Of a stretch of 64,000 nt of DNA, positions 12,916-23,297 are shown piece by piece (within the stretch, counting starts at the first letter, position 1; the number at the start of each line of letters is the position of its first letter). The notes below the pieces were generated by a model. That model was not told the DNA's origin. It searched no databases and worked only from the letters and a program-made list of their open reading frames with translations. The DNA comes from Glaucostegus cemiculus (lineage: Eukaryota): NCBI GenBank assembly GCA_976551045.1, contig CDPCPM010000259.1, positions 4,712,001 through 4,776,000 on the forward strand, read 5' to 3'. A program made the position numbers and the translations under genes.

Positions 12916-15539
12916 CTCTAATTGTACTGCTCTAATTGCCAACTCAGCTGAGGCCAGCTGCGGATTTTTCTGTATGAGCACTACCCCAGACAGGTCCCTT
13001 TGCTTACCAATTCAGTGGGAAAAGAAGCACTGTGACATCTCGACTGAAATGACATTTCAGCCTGAAAATCACTCCTGTAAATCCATTCCTAAATAACATA
13101 TCTCGCAGAATTGGCAGAGGAAGTTCCATTTTGGTTTTAATCGCTTCTTTGCCTTCTCTTGTGCACCTCGTGCACTTCATGACCCTCCTCCTGAAAGAGA
13201 CATGATGTCTACAAATTAATTAAGTGGAAATGGCAGACAGTAAAAAAAATGATTTGCAGGATAATACCAAGGTCACAATATTCCTGGACATAAGAGTAGA
13301 ATGGGAACATTTACCTTAACACAAAAAATAGCAATTTGTACTTAAACTGCACCTTTCTGTGTAGCGTAACATCCCAAACGTATGTGACTGGAGTGTCATC
13401 AAACTTAACATGACATTGATCTACATAAGGAGCAGATGACCATAAGCTTGCTCACGGAGATAGGTTTTAAATGCCTTGCACCCTCTGTGATGTGTACAGG
13501 TAATATTTGCGGTAGGTTTGCTTCATTAAAGTTGTGGCAAGATTTTTTTCTGTGCAGAATATAGCCGGGCAGGAATGAATTACACATCTCCACCATCAAA
13601 CAGTGTGATCAGCACTGGAGTAACTGCGCGTTGTGTGACTTAAACAGGGAGTGCTGGATTTTACTTCAAACATGTTGCAAAGGAACAACGTATCCGGTGC
13701 TTATTATATATACACAATATATATCTTTTATTTCACATTTTAGGAAAGGTTCCTTCTCACAGCCATTTCTGGTTATTTCTCCCTTGGTATAGGTCTCACA
13801 TTCCCCAATTAAGAGGCCAGGCCAGCAGCATAATTCCCAGGACTCTAGTGCTGTTCTCAGTAACAGGCTGCTTTGAAGCATGAGAGAGAATTCTGGCTTG
13901 ATTTGCCCTCTGCTTTTTCCCCCCAGCTTCCCTGCGGAGAAATCTCAAACTCCATTTATAAATATTTAAAATATTTGTGGTGCCAATGAGGACACAGAGC
14001 TCAGAATTTAAACCAGTCCTGTCACAAATTGTTAAAATGTCTTATTTTTGGGACCTTTATCTCCATCCGATTCCTAGTTATATTCCTGCCAAGGAAATTT
14101 GCAAAACAGTGGTTAGCTGCCAGGGGAGAAGGGTGAACGCCAGCTTACATAAATTGTCTCCTATTATTTGTTGCGTCATTTGCTTTGACTTGGAATTAAA
14201 AACTACAGGAAATTCCCTGATGGGTCAGTGAGTAAATGCATCACTTGGCCTGATAATTGGACATACATGATGGTACTTTCATTGTCCCTACATTATAATT
14301 CTGGAGCTCCTCATTTAGTAACATAGTAGGATCACCTTCACCACGTAGACTGCCACGGTTCGGGAAGAAGCCATCAACCTCTCAAGGACAATGAGGGATA
14401 AATGCCAGCCTTACCGGCTATTCCATAATCCAACAATACATAAAATTATCATTGTGCTGGGTCAGTTAAATCAGGATCATCTAATCCCTGATCTGTATTG
14501 AATTGCCTGATCTCACATGGGGTGCTGCAGTTGGTCTCAATGACCTTCCATCCACAATGGGAAGGGAAAAGGACAGTGGGAAGTTTCGTTCTGTGAGATC
14601 ACCTTGTGATCTGCACAGGAGGGTTTTCCTGCAAAAATGTCAAATGATAACAGAAGCATTTTGATTGTGATGCTCCCGTGGTCAGAAAGTTGCCACATCA
14701 CAATACAGAGCTCACCCACGTGAAAAGTGTCCACTCAGGTAGGTACAACTGAAAACATCGCTCCAGGAGTATATTCCTGAATGGTATACTGATGCAAGGG
14801 AAGGGAGGAAATTAGAAGAAAATAGAATAGGTAGAATACTATAAGTGGAGTACTGAATTATCACACTGTCCTGAGTTTCATCTCCTGATGTTGGATGTTG
14901 GATGTTGGATTGAACCCAATCCACACTGATCAGATGACAGTGTTGGCTTTCAGCTTCCTATGTGAAATAAGTTTGCGATGTCCCAATCCATTTCCTAATG
15001 GCCGCAAATCCACCTCGCAGAACTTGAGATAACTGCAGTAATTTGCGCTAAAGGGCTTTGGAGACAGCAGTTGGGGAGAAAAGGATTTTCAAAGTCTGTG
15101 TCACAAAAAGGGCTTTACTCCTGATTTTGGAGGGTTCAGTGTTGATGTTGGCTGCCAAAACTGGAAATCTCTTCCTTTCTTTAAAACATGATGAAAGCAA
15201 AGTATTCACCAGGATATATTAATTCCAATCATAGATTTTATTTCATGCTTGTGAATCATTTCCAAACCAATGGAGTGCTGGTATTTCATCAGGAATAGTG
15301 GAGGATAAAACTGGAAGTGAAAGAGTTGAAAAAGAAATTAGAGAGCCGTCCATTTTTGACGTAAACTAAAAATCTAAAAGTATAACAATTAATGCAGAGT
15401 GGATGTCACATCTGAGGGAAAACAAAGGAACCCAAGAGGTACATGATGTTCTTCAGTATGTAACAAATTCTATATTCAATAGCCTGTTGCTGAATATTCT
15501 GAGGTTTTTTTAATGCTGATTTACCTATTATTTTTTTCT

Positions 15540-16080
15540 TGCATTACTGCTTCCATGGGTACACGGCAGCTGCTCTGCCTGGAACTGCAAGAAACTGCAG
15601 AGTTGTGGACACAGCCCAGCACGTCATCGAAACCAGCTTCCCCTGCTTGGACTCTATCTTTACCTCTCGCCGTCTTAGTGAAGCAGCCAGCATAATCAAA
15701 GACTCCACCCACCCAGGTCATTCTCTCTTCTCTCCCATCAGGCAGAAGATACAGGAGCCTGAGGGTACGTACCACCAGGCTCAAGGACAGCTTCTATCCC
15801 ACTGTGATAAGACTATTGAACTGTTCCCTTATACGATGAGATGGACTCTGATCTCACAATCTACCTTGTTGTGACCTTGCACCTTATTGCACTGCACTTC
15901 CCTGTAGCTGTGACACTTTGTACTGTTATTGTTTTTATCTGTACTACATCAATGCACTCTGTACTAACCCAATGTAACTGCACTGTGTAATGAATTAACC
16001 TGTACGATTGGTATGTAAGATAAGTTTTTCACTGTACCTCAGTACAAGTGACAATAATAAACCAATACCAATACCAATAC
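15540..16080 (+). mobile_element. Rex1/Babar-like LINE 3' fragment
   Basis: AASIIKDSTHPGHSLF...SGRRYRSL..RTTRLKDSFYP, ending aataataaaccaataccaataccaatac. Confidence 0.8.
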
Positions 16081-16185
16081 ATAGATCCCTCGATAACTTC
16101 CTTAACTGGTGTTACTCAAGTGCCCAGACTTGGAATAGCAGCAGGCTATTGAACTGCAGGACGCATTGTAGCTCTCCTTCCAAAC

Positions 16186-16558
16186 TGGTATTGGTACCGT
16201 ATGGTTTACTATTGTTACGTGTGCCAAGATACATTGAAAACCTTTTGTCTGTGTGACATCCAGACTGATTTTAATTGAGGTAATAAAAACAAACAATGCA
16301 GAATATAATGTAGCAGAGAACATGCAATGCAGGTAGACAAATAAAGTGCAAGGGCCACGACGAGGTAGATTGGAAGACAGAGAGTTCAGCTTTAAGCATG
16401 TGAGAGGTCCATTCAAGAGTCTGCTAACAGTGGGGTAGAAGCTGTCGTTGAGCCTGGTGGGACGTGCCCTCAGGCTTTTGTATCTTCTGCCTGATGGGAG
16501 GAGGGAGAAGGGAGAATGACCAGGGTGGGAGGGCTCCTTGATTAAGTTGGCTGCTTAC
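16186..16558 (-). mobile_element. Rex1/Babar-like LINE 3' fragment, tail-to-tail with the previous copy
   Basis: Reverse complement of the same 3' end (tggtattggt...gtatcttctgcctgatgggaggagggagaagggagaatgaccagggtggg). Confidence 0.75.
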
Positions 16559-16784
16559 TGAATTTGTGCGAGTTCAGTGGAAGGCAAGAGGAATGGGAAG
16601 CTTGGTTAACCTCTCCCTAAACTAGGCTCAGCTGACATTAGAAGGTTTTGAAGTTGAACCCAAAACTTCTCTTGTCTCTGTGCCCAAGTATTCAGGGAAT
16701 AAACTGGCCGATCTGTAGTGTTGGATGGAATGATGAGGAGAACCTTATTGTATTCACTCAACAAATGTGATCCCATGTATGAAC

Positions 16785-17272
16785 ATATAAATTAGGAGCA
16801 AAATTAGGCCACTCAGCCCATCAAGCCTGTTCTACTAGCTAATAAGATCTTGGCCGATCTGATTGAAACCTCAACTCCTTAGTACACCCACCCCCATAAA
16901 CTTTCACCTTCTTGTTTCTGAAAATTCTATCTACCCCTGCCTTACAGATAATCAATCCATCACACTTTGTGAGATCCCAAGATTTGTTGACTTTCTGAGA
17001 GAGACAAAGTTCCCTCATCCCCACATTCAGTTGGTTTTCCCTTATTTTTAAGCAGTGACCCCTGGTTCTCAATCCCCCACGTCCTTCCCACCCCCATTCC
17101 TGTCCACAGCCCCCCGGATCATGTACGTTTCAATGAAGTCATGGTTCACTCTTCTGAACTCCAGCGGATACAAGTGTCAGAACACGCCCATTCCAAGAAT
17201 CAGTTCAGTAAACCTTCACTAAATTGCCTCTAATACTGTAACATCCTTCCTTAAATAAGGAAACCAATACTG
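16785..17272 (-). mobile_element. Degenerate CR1 3' fragment
   Basis: ORF 16839..17072 MRTRGHCLKIR...; ttaggagcaaaattaggccactcagccc tail. Confidence 0.7.
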
Positions 17273-17607
17273 TATGGTTTTGACCTGCGCCAAAATTGGT
17301 TTGGAAACTGAAACAGAACGAACTCATAGCAAAAGCAACCTAGGTTCCCACTAGTATCAGAATGGGTTGGTATGAACTCAGAAGAGAAGCTGAACGTTTG
17401 TCAACCTGCCTGAGGTTGACTGAATCCTGGAGAGCCTGTGACCTGACAACAATCCATTGAGGGGGAAGGCAAACAAACTGTCACACCGTTATTCCTTTCT
17501 GAGGATGGTGAAGCAGACTGAGGTACAGTACCCTGAACTCAACTGGAGGTGACCTGAGGTTTCCTTTTTCCGGTTGCACAGCCAGTGGGGTTTTCACTGT
17601 CCAAAGG

Positions 17608-17875
17608 TGAATGGGTGGAATTCATTGCCACGGACGGCTGTGGAGGCCAAGCCATTGAGTGTATTTAAAGTGGAGGTTGACAGGTTCTTGATTTGTAAGG
17701 GCGTCAAAGATTTCAGGGAGAAGGCAGGAGAATGGGGTCGAGAGGGGAAAAATAAATCAGCCATGATTTATTTTCATATTATATATTATTATCAATATAT
17801 TATATATTATCAATGGTGGAGCAGACTCGTTGGGCCAAATGGCCTAATTCTGCTCCTGTGGCTTATGGTTTTATG
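17608..17875 (+). mobile_element. CR1 3' end
   Basis: WNSLPRTAVEAKPLSVFKVEVDRFL; tail gggccaaatggcctaattctgctcctgtggcttatggttttatgg. Confidence 0.8.
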
Positions 17876-17879
17876 GACA

Positions 17880-18806
17880 GTGGCGGCAGATTTTAGTGCT
17901 CGGTTTCGGAGTGGATGATCCCGTCCTAAGCGGGGTGGGGCGTGCACTCAATGAGCAGGATCCCTCTGTCCTGTGTGTTGATTCAGTCCTCCGTTGTTGC
18001 CTCGGGTATGGGATCCGCACCCCGCTCCCGTGCAGATGCCCTGTACTGAATTCACAGGTGAAAGGGGGAACTGTTTGTAAACATTCACTGCCTTGGAGAT
18101 AAGGGCAGCTCCAAACGAGGAGAAAAGGCTTCGGGAAATAATCAGTTCATTGGGATTGAAAATGTCCAGAAGTCGCTGCTCACGCAGCGTGTGCAGCGAC
18201 GGAGGAAATATTCCTTAATTAATTGGACAGAATATGTCATTGGGTCGTCCGTATCGCACCCCCCTTTCCTTGCGCTGACAGCCTGTGATGTTTAAATGGG
18301 CCAACTTAGCAGCGGCGGAGAGGGCAAATCATGTTTCGTCTCTGAACTAAAGCGTGACTTCAGAAACAAAAATGTAGGTTTAAAATAAAATGTATGAAGC
18401 TATTCAGTAGTAATAACTTCCTTTTTTTAAAAAATAGAAATTCTGGTCTTTTTAGACATCTAAAGAGGGGAGATTTTTTTTAAAAAGAGAGAAACTAACA
18501 TTTTATGGAGATTATACAACTTTTAGGAAGTGTGCTAAATCAGACTGGACAGCCGAGCGGTGTGACTGTACACACGGTTGATCCGCTTAAGGTTTATTGA
18601 TGCAAAGTGTTTGGGAAGGGGGGAAATAACTTTATCTCGAATTGTGAGGTTAAAATCGAATTTAAAAACGCTGCTAGTTTCGTCCTCGCCCGGAAATAAG
18701 AGAAAGGTAATCAGTTAGAGAAACGCTTCAGCGAGAAGCTGGGTCGATAGCGGATCAATAAGCATTTCGCCAAGATAATGTACACGGCGGCGAGTACCTT
18801 CCCGAG
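17880..18806 (+). promoter_or_regulatory. Probable samd11 promoter/5'UTR region, CpG-enriched and repeat-free
   Basis: CpG density rises relative to the flanks just upstream of the first coding exon; TSS cannot be placed. Confidence 0.5.
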
Positions 18807-19407
18807 ATGTCAGGTATAGGGAGACAGATGAGAACGGCGGCAGAGGTCGAAGTGTTAGATCTAAGTAAAACGGACAAGGGCTGGGGATATCACAGGTCGA
18901 AGCCGTTCCCGCATTTTAACGGCTTCGCTCGGAAGGAGAAACTACGGACAGAGGAACTTATTGCAAGCGTGTACATGAGAATGCCTGCCATCAAGAAGGA
19001 GAGAGCCGATGGGGAGATGGTCACTCGGGGGCTGCTGGACAGTCTCCCCGAATATTTGGCCCCTCTGTCCATCCCAATGATGACCCCGCACCCTACGCCT
19101 TACGAGCACATCTTCACCCGGCGCCAGCGTGCCTTCCTGGGTCTCCCCGAGGCTACCCACCCAGGCGACCTAATGCTAGAACGCTTCCATGCCATCCCTG
19201 ATTTCCAGCCCATCTTTGACAACGGGGAGCCCTGCATCGAAGTGGAGTGCGGCGAAAACAAAGCCCTCCTCTACATTCACAAACTGTGCCAAGGTAGCAA
19301 GGGACCCTCCATCCGCTACAGGGGCGAGTGGCTGACCCCCAACGAATTCCAGTTCGTCAGCGGCAGAGAGACAGCCAAGGACTGGAAGCGGAGCATAAGG
19401 CATAAAG
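18807..19407 (+). CDS. samd11: SAMD11 coding exon 1, including most of the SAND domain (conserved start MPAIKKE at 18981; first in-frame ATG at 18807)
   Basis: MPAIKKE...PDFQPIFDNGEPCIEVECGENKALLYIHKLCQGSKGPSIRYRGEWLTPNEFQFVSGRETAKDWKRSIRHK matches the long vertebrate SAMD11 isoform as I recall it; KDWK SAND motif; donor AAG|gtgggt at 19408, phase 1. Confidence 0.93.
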
Positions 19408-19439
19408 GTGGGTGCATGCGAAGGTGAAGCTGAGGGAGG

Positions 19440-19442
<3 letters not shown>

Positions 19443-19474
<32 letters not shown>
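19443..19474. repeat. (GA)n microsatellite; a second at ~19806-19834
   Basis: Directly visible. Confidence 0.95.
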
Positions 19475-19477
<3 letters not shown>

Positions 19478-19803
19478 ATTGCATTTATCAGTGGAGGGGA
19501 GGGAGAGGTTGAGATGTGATTAATGCACACTTGGGGACAGTTCGCGTCTTGAGGAAGTTAACGTGCGTAAAAGTTGGATCAACTGCACCCGGTGGAGGTA
19601 AACTGGGCCAATAGATTATTTGTTCAACCGATAATTAACTAATGCAAACCCAACAGATGATCAGAAGGGGGGTAATGATTACCTACACTTGACCTCCTCC
19701 CCCCACCCCTCAGGGAATCTTGCTGCAGTGATATTTTGTTTGGGGGGGTGGGGTGGTGTGTGGAGGGATGTGCTTGTTTGCCGCTGGCCTGTGAAGTTTG
19801 GGA

Positions 19804-19839
<36 letters not shown>

Positions 19840-20496
19840 AGCAAAAAGTGAGACAGCTATTGTACCTTTGGCCGGGAGTATCTGTATCCCAGACACAACC
19901 GACTGGATGTCCCTGGCTCAGCGGAGAGATGATAAATAACAACTCTTTTTTGGGGGGGTGGTGGTGGATTTAGTGAGGGGAGCAGTATATTGTGTTATTT
20001 GATGCTTTAGCTACTGAATGGTTTGAAAGTTTAAGCTGAATCAGGAAGTAAACGAGTCCAGCGGTGAGGTGGTGAGTTAAATCGCTAGCTGTATCGATTC
20101 ACACGAGGTGGGACGGGCGGGGGTGTGGAGGGGGAGCCGGGGAGGGACAGGTTGTGGCAGAGCGCCCTGCTGCCGAGAAATGACTTCAGGGGCTGGGTGA
20201 GCCGGGGAAGTGGTGTGCAGGGAGGATGGAATGTCGCTCCCTGGGATTCTGTCAGTCGCAGGACTGGTAACCGGGGTGGGCTCGGCGTCTGTGGTGCGGG
20301 TGGCTGGCGCTGAGGGCGAGAGCAGCGAGGCGCGGGTGGGACGCGACGCCCGCCCGCAGTGTGTGACCGCGGCGTTGCTGGCGCCGCTGGTTTAACTCTT
20401 GCGGGGAGGCGGCGGGTGCTGCCCCGGGACTGACCCGGGCCGAGGGAGCTGTCGCCTGCCGCTGAGTGAGATCACTGTCTGGCTCTGGTGTATTGT

Positions 20497-21090
20497 TCCC
20501 TCTGGCATCCAGTGATTCCCTGACAGTGCCGGAGCAGAGACACTGGTCCCCCCGGTATCCAGTGACACCCCCCCCGACAGTGTGCGGGCACACTGGTCCC
20601 CCTGGTATCCAGTGACACCCCCCCCCGACAGTGTGCGGGGACACTGGTCCCCCTGGTGTCCAGTGACCCCCTTACAGTGTCTGTGCAGACACCGGTCCCC
20701 CCGGTATCCAGTGACCCCCCTGACTCTGTGCGGGGACACTGGCCCCTCTGGCATCCAGTGACCCCCTGACAGTGTCTGGCGCAAACTCTGGTCTCTCTGG
20801 TATCCAGTGACCCCCCCCCCCCGACAGTGTTTATGCGGGGACACTGGTCCTTCTGGTATCAAGTGACCCCCTTAGAGTGCCTTAGCAGAGACACAGGACC
20901 CTCTGGTATCCAGTGACTCCCTGACAACTGTCTGTGCGGGGACACTGGCCCCACTGGTATCCAGTGACCCCCCCCCCCTTACGGTATCTGGGCGCAAACA
21001 CTAGTCCCTCTGGTATGCAGTGGCTTCCTGACAGTGTCCGGACTGGGGACACCGGTCCCTCTGGCAGGCAGTGACTCTCTGACACCGTCT
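20497..21090. repeat. Minisatellite, ~12 copies of a ~51-bp GC-rich unit in samd11 intron 1
   Basis: Unit ctggtatccagtgac(c)n(t)gacagtgt..gcggggacactggtccc; anchors near 20509, 20559, 20609, 20660, 20708, 20755, 20804, 20860, 20910, 20961, 21018, 21069. Confidence 0.92.
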
Positions 21091-21162
21091 TGAGTGAGCC
21101 GGTCTCTCCAGCAGCCCGTGGCTCCTGGCTCCGACAGTGTGAGCCTCTCTCTCGCACTGTTG

Positions 21163-21328
21163 CTCTGAGACTGTCTGCTTCTGGCAGTGCGAAGTGTCTG
21201 GCTATACTGTCTGGCTCCGCTGCGCCACTCTCTCTCTCTCTCTCTCTCTATAGCAGTCTGTGATCCTGCAAGTGTTAGTCTCTCTGGCTCTGAGACTGTC
21301 TGCTTCTGGCAGTGCGAAGTGTCTGGCT
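21163..21328. repeat. 41-bp direct duplication flanking a (CT)n tract
   Basis: ctctgagactgtctgcttctggcagtgcgaagtgtctggct at ~21163 and ~21288. Confidence 0.85.
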
Positions 21329-21741
21329 CCGGGCTGTTTTTCTCCCCCCTCTCTGGTGGGCTCTTTACCAGCGTGTGCCGCGGGCTCTCTACAAACAACA
21401 TTCGCCATTGTTGCAAATAAGCAAACTGCCGGACTTCCTCAGACTTGCGCCGCTTTAATGTAAACCAACAATTTTCTGCTGGTGTGACAAGAGCAGAGAT
21501 GAAAGAGGCGGAAGGGAAATGCACTTCCCGGTATTTTTAAGGTCGTGTCGCTGCAGCTTCAGGGATCGCTGGTAACCAGTTCAGCGTGTGTTTAAGGAGG
21601 ACCGTGTACATTCGCGAGGTGATTTGATCAGATTGTCCTCCTCCCCCCTCCCACCACTGGAACTGCACCGGATCCCAGAGCGAATTATTTCTCTTAAAGT
21701 AATTCGTTTATTTATTTATTTTTTATTCCTCTCCAATGCAG

Positions 21742-21833
21742 GGAAAAGTTTGAAGACACTTATGTCAAAAGGCGTCTTACAGGTACACCCTCCAATCTGT
21801 GACTGCCCCGGCTGCAGAATATCGTCTCCGGTG
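21742..21833 (+). CDS. samd11: SAMD11 coding exon 2 (92 bp)
   Basis: Pyrimidine tract and cag acceptor at 21739-21741; (G)KSLKTLMSKGVLQVHPPICDCPGCRISSPV; donor gtaaga at 21834; phase fits exon 1; MSKG.LQVHPPICDCPGCRISSPV is the N-terminus of the classical human SAMD11 protein. Confidence 0.96.
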
Positions 21834-22579
21834 GTAAGACCTGCTAAATGTTATTTATTTTAAACAATCCAGAATTTAATGTCTCTTTCCGTCTTTATTG
21901 CGGATGCAGAGGTATTTTTTAAGTATGCTTGGAATATTCAAAAATGTTTTGCATGTTTAAGCAATTAAAACTCTGTTTACAACCGCGCTGGTGCGATACC
22001 ATCGACTTCTGATTAGATAATGGGGATGTGCTTATTTGAAAGGCTCTAGTTTCTGTGGTAGAGGGTCAGTGCGAGCTCTACAAATAAAAATAGCCGCGAC
22101 TTTAAACTCACACACTGGAGTCCTTCGGTGAAACTCTGAACAACTAATCCTCCTTTCCTGACTTGACCCACCTCCTCCGCCCCCCCCCCCTTGTGAATGA
22201 CAAACATATCTGAGCCGCCTCTCTCCTCTTCTATCAATCACCAGAGTCCAGTCTCGATCTCTTCGAGGGGCGGAGGGTGGGAAGGATCAAGGTCATTAAT
22301 CAATTTGTTGGCCTGTGTCAACGCCAGCCCTGTGGGCCTTTTTAAAGGAAAGTTTGGCAAATTCACTTTAAGACGCGTTTTCTCTCTCTCTCTCTCTCTC
22401 TTCCTGTTGAAGTTTAGATTGAATTGCTTGCATAGGTTTAAACTGATTAAATTAACACGACCGACTTTTTTTTGAAATGGACTGCTACAGGAAAGCGGTG
22501 GTTTTGTAGCGTATTTTGGTTTTTCTTAAAAAAAAAGACACAGAACAAGTAGTTGCGTTGGTGTCAGCTCAATGCAATG

Positions 22580-22900
22580 GGGGAAATAGGAGCAGGAGTC
22601 TGTCAACTCGGGCCCTCGGGACTGTTCCGCCAGTCAATTGCTAATCTAATCTTGGCCCTAGCTCCTCGATCCTGTCTGTTCCCCATAACCCTTGACTTCC
22701 CCATTGGCCAAAGATCTATCTCGGCCCTGCTTATATTCAATGACTCAGTCTCCACAACTGTCTAGGAGAGAGAATTCCAAAGGTACAGTGCTCTGAGAGC
22801 AGAAATTCCCTCAAGATGGGAAACATCCACTCAACATTTAACTTGTTAAGGTCACTTGGAAATTTTGACGTTTTAATAAAATCACCTCATTTTTCTAGAG
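22580..22900 (-). mobile_element. Degenerate CR1 3' end
   Basis: ataggagcaggagtc...tatattcaatgactcagtctccacaactgtctaggagagagaattccaaag. Confidence 0.6.
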
Positions 22901-23101
22901 TTTAATTAATTTCAGATTAATTACTCCCAGCTTCATTTCTACATGTATCGCCACATAGCATAAGTGGAAAATATAAGTCAATGCATTTTTCTCATTCGAT
23001 GACTTACCTATTTCTGAATGTCTGGTCTGATAAAATGACACAATAATAATTGCAGTGATGATTCCCTCCTCTGAGTTTAACACTGCTGGATATTGATTTG
23101 T

Positions 23102-23297
23102 AGCATCACACAAGATGCTGGAGGAACTCAGCGGGTCAGGCAGCATCCATGGAGGGAAATGGACAGTCGAGGTTTCAGGTCGAGACCCTTCATCAGGACT
23201 GCTAGATGCAAGACTGATAGATGCCGCCTGACCCGCTGAGTTCCTCCAGCATTTTGTGTGTTGCTCCAGATTCCAGCATCTGCAGTCTCTCTTGTGT
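23102..23297. mobile_element. Fold-back Penelope-derived mini-element with a 16-bp TSD
   Basis: TSD ctggatattgatttgt at 23086-23101 and 23298-23313; 41-bp inverted arms at 23107-23147 and 23220-23260. Confidence 0.85.
23164..23201 (-). ncRNA. Minimal type I hammerhead ribozyme motif (near-consensus)
   Basis: Minus strand cagtc-CTGATGA-a-gggtctcgacct-GAAA-cctc-gactg: stem I cagtc/gactg, core CUGAUGA and GAAA, stem II; stem III has CCTC where the 56806 copy has CGTC. Confidence 0.7.

Noticed and set aside
19408-19427. ORF track end GCMRR* as the true C-terminus
   Set aside because: Read-through past the gtgggt donor; the protein continues in the exon at 21742.
20497-21090. CRISPR-like look of palindromic repeats with variable interiors
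   Set aside because: The interiors are homologous to each other rather than unique spacers; vertebrate intron, no cas genes.
20252-21524. Minus-strand ORFs of 91-181 aa
   Set aside because: Produced by the GC-rich minisatellite and microsatellite; no domain signal.
21588-21741. N-terminal part of ORF 21588..21863 as coding
   Set aside because: Intron sequence and pyrimidine tract; only 21742-21833 matches SAMD11.
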